From Camelus ferus (Eukaryota): 64,000 nt of DNA. The notes under the pieces are model-generated. The model ran no database searches. It had not been told where the DNA came from and saw nothing but the letters and a program-made list of their open reading frames with translations. Both the position numbers and the translations under genes were made by a program. The stretch is from contig NC_045697.1 in assembly GCF_009834535.1 (NCBI RefSeq), forward strand, positions 28,150,001-28,214,000. The letters are read 5' to 3'. This document shows positions 24,801 through 39,800 of the stretch, one piece after another. Position 1 is the first letter of the stretch. Each line of letters opens with the position of its first letter.

Positions 24801-27800
24801 GTGCAGGTTCACTGTCTAGTGTGTCATAGTTCCATTGAGTTATGAGGGAAAACACCAAATAATATTTCTCCTGGGTATGAGAGTCAAGCCTCAAATTATC
24901 ACAGCCACTAATAAGCTGAGCAGTGGCCTAGGACCATTCAGTCAAGATTTTCAGATCTGCTCCTTTTTGAAGCCGGATTTCTCCCGAACATTTTACTCTG
25001 TAGCACATGGATGAATTTCAGAATTGTCCACATATTCACTGACGAAAGTTGGTGGTAGTGACTGTAGTGTATCGGTGCAGTACCGGTACAGCAGACAGGA
25101 GATGAAAGGGAGGCTTTTTCTTAAGGATAAGTCTGACTACATGATAAAAAATGTTTGTAGCTATGTAGAAAGATGTTCTTATTAATTGTAGCAAATGACA
25201 TACTCAAAATAAATTGCAGGGGGTTCTGATTCAGAAGCCTAGAGGATAATGATTTACAGATTGATCTAGGACAGCAAGAAAATAAGGGCACGTGGAGGGC
25301 ATACTGCTAGGACCAGCCTCACCGTTTTAAGAGTAGTGGGGTTTGGAGAAGGGATGCGTGGGGATTTTTAAGGGATGACCATCTTGCCACATGTGGATCT
25401 TCAAAACTGGGCAATGATGAAAGACTTTTGCTTTAAATGCCTCCAATAACATTGACATACGAATATATCATTATCCACGTTACTGACTTTGTCAACTTCT
25501 AGATGATTTTTTTTCAGGGGCGGTCAACCCTCTCTACCATCCCCTGCCCTTCCATTGAACTGGTTTGTATGTGAAGGGATTGACAAGTACTTTAGGAATA
25601 TTTCACTAGCAAAACAGAGATTTGGAAAAATTGTAAGAATAGGTATTTACAACTATTGAGGAGATTAATTCTACTTACTTCATAAGTTTGATGTGGGGAT
25701 TAAATGCATTAATGGAAGTTTAGCACTTAAAACACTGATTGATACATCATATACCCAGTCAGTAATGATATCATCACCATCACTGCATAGATTTGCTCTA
25801 TTCAGCACAGTAGGGATCTGTGTGGGTGAGCAAAAGCACTCAGACAAAAGCACAACCTTTATGATTCATTATTCTCCCTGTGGTGTCATCACTTCTCAGA
25901 AATGTTTCTTGTTTATGATTTGCAAAGTGCTTCAAGTGAAAAAACAGAGAGTGTGCAACAGGGCAATACTGGGCAATACAGACTTAGCATGGTTCTAGGT
26001 TAACATCTTTTGAGTTAAGTTCTTTGAAATATTTTTCTCCCTCCGTCTTTCTCCTTCCTTGTAGATTTCATGTTTTAACCTTTACACCTCAAGTTCAAAA
26101 ACTTTTTGAACTAAGATGAATATAAGTAAACTAAAGCTGGGTTTTTTTTCCTTTGTAATCAGTTCATAATTTAAGTAATATCTCTTTCCTACAAAGGAGT
26201 TTTACCCACATGAAAACATTTGTATGCATTTAGGTCATTCCTGTTGTTTACAGTAGAGGCACAATTGCTGCTTAAAGGCTTAGATACAAATTAAATTTAA
26301 ATTAGCTCGATGTTTATAAAGCTATTTTCATAGCCAATTAGTTGTGGTAGTTTTTTTTTTCTCAAGGCCATTATTTGACATTATTCAGTTTCAACAGAGA
26401 CATGAAATTGAATTCTAGTAACAATAAGTAATTTAGAGACAGATTGTGTAATGTGAATTGTTGCTATGGGAACTGAATGAAATGTATAGCAAAGTTCAAT
26501 CTTCAATTTAAATAAATCCCTCAGTAATTTCATTTGCTTAAAAACTATTCCAAAGGGAGAAAGAGCATAATGCTAGCAAGTGTTTGGTAGTATGATAGCT
26601 GTTTGTATCATAAAGTGGAGTTAAAATATGAAGTAAGCACGATGCCATAGAGTGAAATCAGTTACCACAATCAGTAAATAGGGCGCGTACTTGGGATGTT
26701 CACTGATCCTGCGTGAATACAAGTAGAAAAGGATGGGGAATTCCCTCTTGTAATCCTGAAATCTGGAAACTTGTTCTCATTGCCAGTAAATGTGACCTGG
26801 AATACATAATTTATCCTCTAAAAAAAGTTTAATACTGGTTATAACATTACAAATATTTAATATTGTTATCGATTTATAAAATAAACATTTGATTTTACAA
26901 TTTTAAATTTTGTTTCTTCATCTAGAAAACCTATAAAAACATTGGATTTTGCTAAAATACCTGCTTCACACCAAATTAATACTTTTGAGAAGCACTTTGT
27001 GTTTAACCTTGTTGAGTAGTATTTCCGCAAGGTGTTGAAAACTCAATTGTCACTTAATACGAATTATACTAGAATGGAGTGGGCATTATTCTGAAATAGA
27101 TATATCAACAAATAAACTATTAATGAAATGAAAATTTATGTAATCTTTTTCTCATTGATGAAATCCAGTTAATACCATTTAAAAATATGGCAGTAGTTAC
27201 TTCAGTGTTGTATAAATGTTGGCTGTGCTGTATACTATAATCTAGAACAGTTAGAAATGTACATTATTTTGATTGCTTCAGAATCTCATCTAAGATTATG
27301 TAACAGATGTCTTTCCATGTACCCATGTAATCTTTTTCTTTGAAAATTTTAGTGCCTAAATAACAGTCCATTGAGTTACAACTCCATAGAGCTGGACATT
27401 AGGCTATTTCCCATTTTTTACTGTTGTAAATAATAATACAGAGAGACACCATCAGAAAAGCATCAGCTTTCTTTCCCCCTCTTGTGAATTATTTGCTAAG
27501 GATTAGACTACTCATGGGATAACTAGGTTGGGAGCTTCAACATTTTTATAGCTCTTGCTTTGTGTTACCAAATCATTTTATAATGTCAGTATGCAATTGA
27601 GTAGAACAGTTTGCTTGAAGCCATTCCAGCCCTGAGATTTTATTAAAATATATTTCTGAAAAATGATAATCAGTCATTTAAAATAGATTCATTTGGGCAT
27701 CTTTAACAAATCATGATGAATTGAAGCAATTGAATTTAGTTAATTATTCATGTATGGTTTTCCTCTTAAGAATTTCTAGAAAAGGAATGAAATGTCAACC

Positions 27801-30800
27801 CAAGATAAATTTTAGATTAGTACCTAACTTGGGTTACTGGAGGCTATGTGAAAAATATAATACTCATTTTAATATAGAAGATAATTATTGATAGTCCTTA
27901 TCTCTAGCTCTAATTTAAGTAGCTTTAGCTATTTTTAAACAGCTCTAATTTAAACAGCCTTACCTTTTTTACTAAAACTCTGTGTGTTGAGCTAGCCACA
28001 GTGCCTTATGAAGCATAAGAAAAACATTAAGGGACAATACATCTAGCATTTGCTTTTATGTCATAACTATGTAAACAACTCATGCGTTAACATTTGTAAC
28101 CTTGCACACCAAAGAGTATTTCCCTTCTTTTTAGATTGTTTAGCGTAATAGCCTAGTAAAAGTTATTACCTCACACCTAAGGGCATTTTTATCTTCCATT
28201 TCAAATTATAGAGGGCCTGATTCTAGAATGTGGCCAGAACTGAGTCATCTTTAGTCTAAAGTCCTGTAGTCCCAGTGCATTCTAGGTCAACATTTTTATT
28301 TTGGCTCTTTTTGCTATGAGACCAAAAAAATTTTGTATGTAAATCTGGTTAAAAGAGATTGAAGTTTTCAAATCAGACCTAAAATCCTTGGTGGTCTTAT
28401 AAATAACATTAAAACACTTTTAAAGGCCAGTCTGGTTCTAGGATATCCCTAAGGACACTTGTGGCCCAGAATGGCCTTGGGAAATTTAGCCACCCTGGAG
28501 GCCATTTCTGGGTAAGAGAAATGACTTCATGCTCAATCAGGTATTTGGCTTCCCTGTTGGCCAGATTCTTCGGCAACCACAAATCTCAACCTACTTTTGA
28601 TGTTAGAGTATCATACATCTCAGTGTCTATTTCATTTTTCCTATTTTCCTTTGAAAAACTTGCCAAAACTACTCCCTAACTTGAGCAAAGTGATACCTAA
28701 AGTCCCAAATTTATTTTTAAAATTGTAATAAATAATATAACACTTTAATTCTACTTAAATAGAAATAAGAATTTTAACAACATAATTACAGTTTAAATGT
28801 TATTTTCTAAGGTTTCTTTCCTAGCAAGCAATAATACTAGGAAGAGCTAAAGTATAAACTTTTTTGGTATCTAATTCAAAAGTGTTTCATTTCTTTTAAG
28901 TAAATTGTGATGGACAAAAGAAACAATATGGTTTGTATGCTCTTTTTCCCCTCTAGGAACATTTCATGGAAGTAATTCGAAACCAGGAATTTGTATTATT
29001 ACCAGCCAGTGAAATTGCAAAACTCTTAGCAAGTGATGACATGAACATTCCTAATGAGGAGACAATATTGAATGCACTTCTTACTTGGGTCCGTCATGAT
29101 CTGGAACAGAGACAGAAAGATCTCAGTAAACTTTTGGCTTACATTAGGCTACCTCTTCTTGCACCACAGGTAAACAATTTTTAATCATTTAAAATCAGTG
29201 TCATAACTTCAACAACAGTAGTTGTTGTGACTTTGAGTAGTCAGCCTTCCACATTCTCAGGCTTTGCATCCACGGGCTCTGCATCCTGGGTTCAACAAAG
29301 CATGTATTACAAAAAAAATTTTTTTTAATTTCCAGAAAATTCCAAAATGCAAAACTTGAATTTGTCCCATGCCGGCAACTATTTACATAATATTTACATT
29401 GCATTTACCACTGTTTACATAGCATATGCCTTGTATTAGATATTGTAAGTAATCTAGAGATGATTTAAAGTGTACAGAGGCTGTTCAGAGCTAATATGCA
29501 AATACTACACTGTTTTATATCAGGGACTTGAGATGTTGGTATCCGCAGAGGTCCTGGAACCGATCCCCCCACCCCAGAATACTGAAGGACTATTGTAGTC
29601 CCTTTATGCTAATTACATTAACATGAGCTTGTCTGTAGGTTTTTTCCTTTAACTCTTCTATTCAATAAGGTTATTATACGTATATGCCTATGAAATGTTA
29701 AGGTGAAAAGATAGTGAGCTGAAAAAAGATCTGTTTATGTTCTCAGCCCAGAAGGTCTGACTACCTAAATTGCATCCATTAAGTAACATTGTTGCTTTGG
29801 GGTTAGTAATTTTATTTGACTCAGCTATAAACCTATCCTGGCAATTGAAGAATTAATAAAGCTGCTAATGAAAGGAACACTGGACTCCAGGAACCAGGAA
29901 ATTTAGATTAATTCATTTGCCACACATTGATTAAATATCCACTAAATGCTGGATTCTGGTGATATATAAGTTAATGAGACATGGTAACAGTTCTAGCTCT
30001 GATGTTTTAAAACTGTGATTTGACATGTTCACATACCTCGGTTTCTTCATCTGTCAAGAGGAGGTAACATCCTTTATATCTGACAGGATTTTTATGAGGG
30101 TCAGAAAAATGTTCTGTGAAGTAAAATATGCTATAAATAATAATAGTATGATTATTATTATTTTTAGAATTGAGAGATATTTGGTTGGTATAGTCAAGGC
30201 AATCAGTCATAACATATTTACATGCATAGTTTCCCCTTTTAATAATTTCAGCTAGAATAAACAAAAATGTCCTCTGCATACTTTGCTGCTTATTTTGAGG
30301 CCTTAAATAGAGTCCTTGAAAGTAGAGAAAGAATGAGCTGTTACTGTTCAAGATCACATTTTGTTGTTGTTTAAAATGCCGTGAGCTTCCTTTTATTTGT
30401 ATTCATCTTGAGGATTATGTATTATTTCAAGTTGTTGTGAGCAAAAGTTACTGTTTGCTCTCTACCGTACAGAAACAAAAATCAGTGCTGATGCTTTTAT
30501 AAGAAAGATCTCCCTCTTCAGAGTAAAATATTTTATGAATTCGTAGAAGTGAAACTGCATGAATTGATAACAATTCAGGAAAAATAACATCAGAAAACAT
30601 TTCTCCTTAGTCTCACAGACATAGGAAACAAACTGTGGTTACCAGAGGGGAAGGGTCGGGGGCAGGGATAGATTAAGGGTTTGGGATTAAAAGATACATA
30701 TTACTATATGTAAAATAGATAAACAACAAGTACCTACTGTATAGCACAGGGAACTATATTTAGTGTCTTATAATAAGTTGTAATGGAAAAGAATCTGAAT

Positions 30801-33800
30801 ATATACATATATATATATATATATATACACACACATATACATATATTTTTTTTTTAAAAAGCATTTCTCTTGAAATCAGATTTAAAGAGAGAGCTGTTTT
30901 TACTGGTACCTAACAGAATGTTTTTCTTACCCTTTTCTACGAGAAAGAAAATAAAATCTGAAAAATCCTAATAGACTTTTAAAAGAATCTGTGCAGTTGA
31001 GTAACCTGACAATTTACTTTAGTCCTGCAGTTTCAAATATTTATGATACTATATTTGCATGACTCTCAGAGACCTTTAAAATTTCTTTTATCCAGGATAC
31101 TGCTGATAATCGTAGCCATAGTTGAAAGGCACTTTGGAGATCATTTGGTCTAACACCTGTTGTACAAATGAAGTAACAGAACAAGAAAGTAAAACTGTAT
31201 GTTTGAGATTACAAAGTGATTGCATAAATCCCTGTCCTTCTGCACTGTAGTTTTATTTGCCTTTGCTGCTTGGCTAACATCATAGATTAGAGCTAATAAG
31301 AGTCACAGGTAGAACTTGAACCCAAATAAAGTTCTGTGCCTTTTCCACTGAACTGTTCTGCCTCTTGAATGTACTTTGTGTAAAATTGCTAGGATGAAGG
31401 CTATGATAGATATATAAACATGACATTATGAAAATAATTGGAGTAGCCCACCCAGACTGATCATGGGGAAGCTGGAGAATCTCTGAAGTGTCAATCTGCA
31501 TCCTTAGTTAGCTACCAAAGGAAGGGGCATGATAGCTCAGGCAAGTGGGAGATTGTACCTAGTTATGAAGTCGTGAGCAAATATATTGTGTTCTGGAATT
31601 TGAAGATAGCTTGCATGGCTAGAGTGCAGAAATAAAAGGGCAGTGTTGAGAGATGAGGCTGGAGAGGGAAGCAGATCACGAAGAATCGCTAGTCATGCCA
31701 CAGGGTTTAGATTTTATCCTAAAAGCAATGAGAAAGCACTAAAGGATTTTAAATAGGGAATGGCATTATTAGCCCTTTGTTTTAGAAAGCTCCTATGACT
31801 GCATTGCAGAGGATGGATTGGAGAGGTCAAAATAGAAATCCATTAGGAAGTCTGTTGGATTCAGACAAGTGAATTAAGCACTCTCTGGCAGTAGAGGTAA
31901 AGAAATTAACTACCAGGGTCAAAAGCTGCTTAGGAGGTAGAACTGATGCAACTTAATGACCATGTGAATGCTGGGGAGTTGGAAAATGAAGGGTCAAGAA
32001 GAATTCTGATTTGTACAACTAAGTTAATAAAGGTGCTGTTATCTAAGACAGAATACAGAATGAAGAGCTGATTTTTGAAGGTGGGGAAAGAAGCTGAGGA
32101 TGGAACCTTGTTCCCAGAGCTTCTTGACACCTTTAATCTTCTTAAATTCTAAGGAGAAGTTTTGAAAACTACTTCTTTAGGTTGTTGAAGCCAAGGGGAA
32201 GAGAGTGACATCAACCAAAGAGAACACAAAAGCATAGGGTTGGAAACCTAGGAAATACGAATATTTATCGGTAGTTCCCAAATCTGCCGAAGGAAGAAAT
32301 TTTAACATCATGGGATGCTACAGAGAAGACAAGATAAAGACACAAAATAATCCACTGGATTAGCCCAGTGGCTTCCAAAGTGCCATCCTAGCTGTAGGAT
32401 CATCACTATGTGGGAAACTGTTTAAAATCCAAATAATTAGGCCACCACTCTACACCTACTGCATCTGAAACTCTGGGGATGGGCCTGGCAAACTGTGTTT
32501 TAAAAAGCCCTCAGGTGCATCTAACGCACACTCGAGTTTGAGAACCACTGTTCAAGCCTGATGAGTAGCAATGCTGGAAGCCACATTGCCCTGTATAATG
32601 TAAACAAGTTAATAACACCTTTTTGAGCAATTTTTCTTTTTTACAGTGATAATACTGTTTGCACCATTGTGACATTTAGAAATAGTAGAGGGGTTTTTGT
32701 TTTTGTTTTTTTCCTTACTAAAAGTAAAGGGCAAGTTTGCAGAAAGGAGTTGTCAAGTCATAAAGCTTTGAAGTAGACTAAAATCATCAAGAAAATGTTG
32801 GATTATATTCTGAAAGTTTTATTTTAAAAGATAGGAAAATGATGAAGTAGCTAAGAGAGTAGATCTTAAAACTTCTTAAAAAAATTGTAACTGTGCAGGG
32901 GTAGATGTTAACTAGCCTTACTGTGGTGATCATTTTGCAGTATATACATATATCACATCATTATGTTGTACACATGAAACTAACATGTTACATGTCAAAT
33001 ATATCTCAATAAAAATTAAAACAAAAAGATGAAAACAAAAAATGTCTAATGCCTATCAAACAAATGACTGATTTTTTTTTAATTGCCATTGGGTCCAGTT
33101 ACTTAAAGAATTTACTTTTGTGAAATAGTTCCTTTCTCAATGAGGTCTTACTCTTCTCTGTTTATATGAAACATTCTATTTAACCTAGCTAGAAGGGGTT
33201 CAACTTAAACATTAGTAAGTTTATGGTCGTGTCTCCTTAAAATGACGTAGGAAATAATATATATAATTATAATCCTCTACCAAATGATCATTTCAGTGTG
33301 GCTTTTTAAAAAACCGAATAATCCAGAAGACAAATGTGTGTGGTTTTATTTTACCTTTGAAAGTTTCTGGACTTTTCTGTTTGATCACATTTTAAATAAT
33401 GTGGATAGAAATACAGGAGACCCTTGAACAGCATGGGGATTAATCTATGTATAACTTATAGTCTGCCCTGCATTTCTGAGGTTCCCCCACAGCTGTGGAT
33501 TCAACCCACCACAGACTGTGTTAAACTGTAGTATTACTATTGAAAAATATACATGTATAGGCCAACTGGTGTAGTTCAAACCAATACTGTTCAAGGGTCA
33601 ACTGTATTAGGACATTATTTTAAAGAGTTTGACACCTAAATTCTCAATGTTCCCAGTGGTTAGCCTGTATTACAGGTATCTTGGTCTTCCTGTTCTCAAT
33701 TCTCATTACTGTTTTTGACTAAAATTCAGAAATATAAAATGTCAGTATTTACCTTTAGCATTCTTTTAATATATAAGTTTTGGATACCAAAACATTTTTT

Positions 33801-36800
33801 AAAGCCTATAGAGTTCATAAATCATTCACAGTCTATTTTTCACTCTGAGTAGTAGGGGGGACAGTTTTAGAGAATAGTCATATGGTGAACAAGTATGTGA
33901 GTGAAGATAAAAATTTACAAATTGAAAATGTTTCTTCTATTTTCTAAATGCTCCCATTTTAATAATTTGCCATTCTCTTATGGCAGAGAAGTTACATAGT
34001 ATTCACCTAAATGCAGAGTATACTAGAGTTTCTATTTTGTAATCCTCTCTCTGTGCCTTCTGAATGATTTTCCAGATATCTGGTGCCTTCCATTTGATTA
34101 ATTGGACCCTTGGATTAATGGATTCATATTTTCTTCCATTACTTTCCTTTCTCTACTTCAATATAATTAATCCTATTATTCATAAATGATAGACATTGTC
34201 CAGCATGCTGAGAAATATATTTTATTTCATATTGCAGTCACTATTAAGTCTTCTAAAGCTTTACTTTCTATAGTTTTTTCACATTTATTTCTATTTAGAA
34301 AGGACTAAAACAATTACGTCTATATAATGAAAGTAATATAAACACTAAGATTAATCTAAATGAGCCAACTCAATGCATATTCATTAATGATTTCTCTAGC
34401 AAGTATAACTATATTTTGTGTGCACAGAATATGGAATAATTAATACCAGAATTTATACTCTGGCATAGGTCTTGAGACTTATGTCTTAATTTGGCTTTTT
34501 TGCCTTTAGCATGCTGTTCTTGGTTTCCAAGTGCCGCAAGCTATTACAGTGACTTTTGTTAGAGACTCTTCCTTCTTTTCTATTATCAAAATATGGACAT
34601 ATTCTCAACATTATTAACCATTAAGGAAAAGCAAAGTAAAACTCCATTTCCCACCCACTCAAGTGGCTAAAAAAGTAGTAATAACTAGGGTGAGAATGTG
34701 AAGAAACGGGAACCCTCATATACTGCTTGAGTGAATATAAAATAGTGCAGCCACCTTGGAAAACAGTTTGGCAGTTTCTTAAAAATTGAATACAAATTTA
34801 CCATATGCTGCAGCAATTCTACTCCTAGGAATCTACCCAAGAGAAATGAAAATAGATATCCACACAAAGACATGCACACAAATGTTCTTAGCAGCTTTAT
34901 TCATAATAGCCCAAAACTGGAAACAACATGAATGTCCGTCAGCTGGTGAGTGGATAGACAAAATGTAGTGAATCCATACAATGAATTATTATTCAACAAT
35001 AAAAAGAAATGATACACATGGATGAACCTCAAAAACATCCTAAATGAAAAAAACAAGACACAAGAGACCACATATTGTATGATTCAACTTACATAAAACA
35101 TCTGAAAAAGGCAAATCTATAGAGACAGATTAGCACTTGGAATAGAAGATGGGAACTGAGATTAACAGTAAACAGGCATGTAGAATCTAATTGGGGCGAT
35201 GAAAATGTTCCAAAACTGTTTTATGGTAATGGTTGCACAACTTGGTAAATTTACTAAAAATCATTGAATTGTATACCTCAATGGTGAATTATATGATGTA
35301 TAAAATATACCTTATATTATCAAATACAATCCTGCAGTGTTTCAAAAGGATAATACACTATGACCAGGAAGGTCTTTTTCCAGGAATATAAGAATGATGG
35401 AGTATTAGGAAATCTGTCAAGGTAATTATATCAGTAACTTAAGGGAGAAAAAGCCATGTATGATCATATCAATATATGGATAAAAGATATTTAGAAAAAA
35501 TAAGCAACCATTCTTAATTTTAGAGGTCTAAAGTAAAATAGAGAAGAAAGCAACCTATGTATAATAAAGATAGATTACTAAATGCTATATTAACTATTAT
35601 CCTAAATAATGAAACACTAAAACCATGTCAGTTTAAAACAGAAAAATGGATATTTGATATCACCTGATTATTTAACATTGCTTTGAAGATTTAGCAATTG
35701 CAATGATAAAATAAAAATGAAATAATTGGCACATACATTAGAAAAAGATGTAACTATCCCTGTTTGGTGATTATTATGATTGGGTGCCTAATAGCTAGAG
35801 TTTTATAAAGGAATGTGGTATAGTAGTAGGTTATAATAGAAGTGTACAATAATCAGTAGAGTTTTCTCTCCTCCAGCAAAATATATGCAAAATGGAAATT
35901 CAAAAATCCACTCCCAATAACAACAAAAATAATAAAATTTGTACAAATATATTTAATAAAAGAAAGGCAGATACCTATATAAAGAAAGCTATAAACAAAT
36001 AGAAAAGCTTCTTGAACAGAAAGACTTAAATCATAAAAATGTAAATTTTCCCAAAATAATAAATAAGTTTAATGTAGTTCTAATGTGTTAGAATTCCAAC
36101 AGGATCAAGATGGTGAAGGGGAATTAGATAAATTAATCTTTACTTTATGTGAAAAGTAAAATCTCAAAAATAGCCAAGAAAACTATGAAAATAAACAGTG
36201 AGGGTAGATTTATATCATAAAAACAGAATATGCTATAAAGACACTGTAATAAAACATAGTATTAGAAAAGAAAAAGACAAATAGACTAATGGAACAGAGT
36301 AGAGAATCCGCACCACCCCCCCAGAAAAAGGGATCTCAGACATCTAGAGATCTAGTTATGACCAAGGTTCAATTCAGTTGGACATGGAGGAAATTATTTA
36401 GTAAATGGCCCTGGTACAGAACAAGCTATCCATCTGGAAGAAGAAAAAAATATTCCTCAACTCATACTCTTTTTAAAAATTAGTTTCACATGGATCAATA
36501 GCCTTAATAAAAGAAATAAGGCAATAAAGAGATAGGGGAATGGAGAATCAAGCACAAAAGGAAAAGAAATACATTTTTAAAAGGCAGTTGTAATTATATT
36601 TACAAATTTATATAAAATTACATAAGTAAAAAAATAGAATTCAGTGAAGCACAAGGATTTTAATTCTTTTAGAATAATCACCATTTGAAGTTCTTTGCCC
36701 TTCAAAAAATTGGGAAGTTTTGTTTTTGCTGTTGTTGCTGGCTGAACATTGTTTAGAGAGGTCAGATAAATGCAGTCTAATTAGTCAACTCCTACTTATA

Positions 36801-39800
36801 ATTATTCTTCAGTTAAAACTATTTCTAATTTTAAAAGGAAAATCATTTACTTTGGAAAATATAGAAAAGTACTAAGAAAAGGTTATTGAAAAAGCCATTT
36901 CCCCACTACCGAGAGATAAGCACTATTAAGATCTTAAAGTACCACTTACCTTCCTCAGTTTTTGTTTTGAAATGTAAAATGTAAATGTTGCATTTTTTTT
37001 TTAGTTAAAAATAGATGTCCAGACTTGGATATTTTTAAAGGAGATCATTTCCATTTGGGACTAGCTTATTCTTTTAACCTTACAATTTTCACGGTCATTC
37101 AGTATATATGCTCACTATTCTTTTCTAGTTCTTGGCAGACATGGAAAATAATGCACTTTTTCGAGATGATATAGAATGTCAGAAGCTCATTATGGAAGCA
37201 ATGAAGTATCACTTATTACCAGAGAGACGGCCCATGTTACAGAGTCCTCGGACAAAACCTAGGAAGTCAACTGTCGGTACATTGTTTGCAGTTGGAGGAA
37301 TGGATTCAACAAAAGGTATTAAGTAATCTTTTATTTGAAGGAACAGGAAAAAATGAATATAAATTAGTAATAAATATGGCCAGAGAGCTCCTGGGAGAAG
37401 CAGCTGGTTCTAGCACTGGGGTCGGAAAAGTACCAGATAAGCCTAGAACATCATGTTATTCCAGAAAGTAAGGTAGCGCTCAAAGAATGATGGAGACAGG
37501 TCAAGAGACACAGGAGACAGTGTGTAGGGGCTCCCACTGTCCAAACCAGAGATAATTTCAGCATCAAAGTAAAGAATGATAATAAAAGATTATAAATAGG
37601 GGAATGCTAACTGATTAAAACATAGAAGCAAGGATGGGATTAGAAAAATCATCATTTGGCAGTCACCATATTAATAACCAATTCAGTCAAGAATCATCAA
37701 CGGATGTTAAGGCTGGTAGGTAAAAGTTTGAGGACAGGATTTTTAGTCTCAAATTATCTCCCAGCTGCTTGTTTATTAGTTACAAAACATAAAATGGTAT
37801 CTTTACAGTGGAGAGATCTGGCACACAGCACCTTAACTAAATAATCAAAGTTCGTGTCGTCAGTAATGAGACTAATCAGCAGCCTGTGCTTCTTATGATG
37901 CCCTGAGAACTCAGCTGCACATCTGTGGTGTTCTTGCCAAAAGTGTATAATCCAGACTTCACCATGAGGAAAAGACCAATTCACGTTGAGAGACATCCTT
38001 CAAAAGAACTTGTGTGAAGTATTCCAAAATGTTAATATCAAGAAATGCAAAAGAGACTGGGGAATTGTCTCAGATTAAAGAGACTAAGGAGGCATGACAG
38101 CTATTATAAAACATCATCTTAGATTGTCTTCTGCTGTTAAGGACATAGTTGGGACAAATGACAGAATCCAAACAAGGCCTGTAGATTAGATAGCAGTATA
38201 GTATAAATGTTGATTTCCAGATTTTGATGGTTATATTATGGTTTTGTGAGAGGATTTCTTGTTTTGAAGAAGATACACCACAGTATTTACGGGTACAAGG
38301 GCATCATTTCTGCAACTGACTGTTAAACAGCTCAGAAAAACCTCCTACATACATATACACATGCATAGAAAGCAAATGTAAAAGATACAGGCTGGGGAAA
38401 TCTGGCTCAAGAGTATCTGAGAATTCTTTGTGCCCTTCTTGCAGTAGTTGTTACCCAGAGTAACAGTAACAGCGACAGACACCATACACAGTGCCTACTC
38501 AGTGTCAGGTATTGTGCTAGAAGCTTTTGTGTATGTATTATTTCTAAGTATAATGTATCTACTTCCTCTGAATTGCTGGTCCTAATAGTCTGCTGTCCCC
38601 TGACAATACTTCTGACTTCTGGCTACCTCTCTGGTCTCAGCTCATTCTACTTCTCCCCTCCCTCCTTCTGTTCCAGCCTCATTGGCCTCCCTGTTCATCT
38701 GACATTGCATTAGCTGTTCCGTCTCACTGGGAGGCTCTGCACCCTGATATCAGAATGCCTGGCAGAAATTCTTCACTCAGACCACCTCTCAAATGTCAGT
38801 TTACCAAAGAGGATTTCCATGACCATTCAGGAGCAACCTCTTGCCCATCACTTTCTAATCTTCTGCTTTCCACTTTCTCCTTACTCTGCTTCCTGTTTCT
38901 TCATAGCATCTAACACATTTGTTTGTAGTCTGTCTACCTCTTCCCCCCAAATAAGCTCCAGGAAAGCAAGGATTCTGTTTGGTTCACTGATATATTCCCA
39001 TAGCCTAGAACAGGATTTTTTACATAGACAGCATCAGTAAGTATTTGTCAAGTGAATGAAGGTTGTCCGCTGCCATCTCTTGTATTACTTGTATGACTAA
39101 AGCACTTGATGTACTGATCATTTCTAAAGGTTTCTCTTTTATGTGACATCTCTAAGGAATATAAAAATAGCAGCTCTAGCTGAAAATCTTGCATTGTTAT
39201 TTAACTGTCAGGTTCATGAAAGCAGAGATATTGATATAGATATAGTGATTATCCCATATAGCATATACCATAGTGCTAGGTAGGTATAGATGCTTAAGTT
39301 TTAAATATAGGTTTGATGACTAAATGGTACAGAAATATATAAAGTAAGATAACTGACTAGAGTTATAGAAAATTTTTGGAGATGTCCACTATCCAGATAA
39401 TCAGTCTGAAAATGGAAATTAAGTATCTACTTTGTGCCAGGAACTGGGATTGGCTTTGTAGTCATTACTAGCGCTTCCTCTTTCCCTCTTTCTTTCCCTT
39501 TTGTTTTTCAAGACTTTTAACTGTTGTCTCTTTATCAATTATACTCTCTCACTTTGATTTTATTCTCATACTTCCAACTTGTATAAAATATCTGCTTGAT
39601 GTTCAACTTCCACCACAAATTTGGTGTATCCAGATCTTCTCTGACCATGTTGCTCAGACTTTAGAACTTGGGCTCATAATTCAGTGCTCTTCAATGGACT
39701 CAACTCTGACTCATTTAAGCAGGCAAGGAATTTTTTGGAAGGCTACTGAAAAATGGATAGGACTACATCCACTGTCCCTGCTTCCTTATAATTCTTGCTT

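Noticed and set aside
34786..34968. ORF resembling an L1 ORF2 C-terminal region
   Set aside because: Short remnant in a degraded L1; no intact ORF2.
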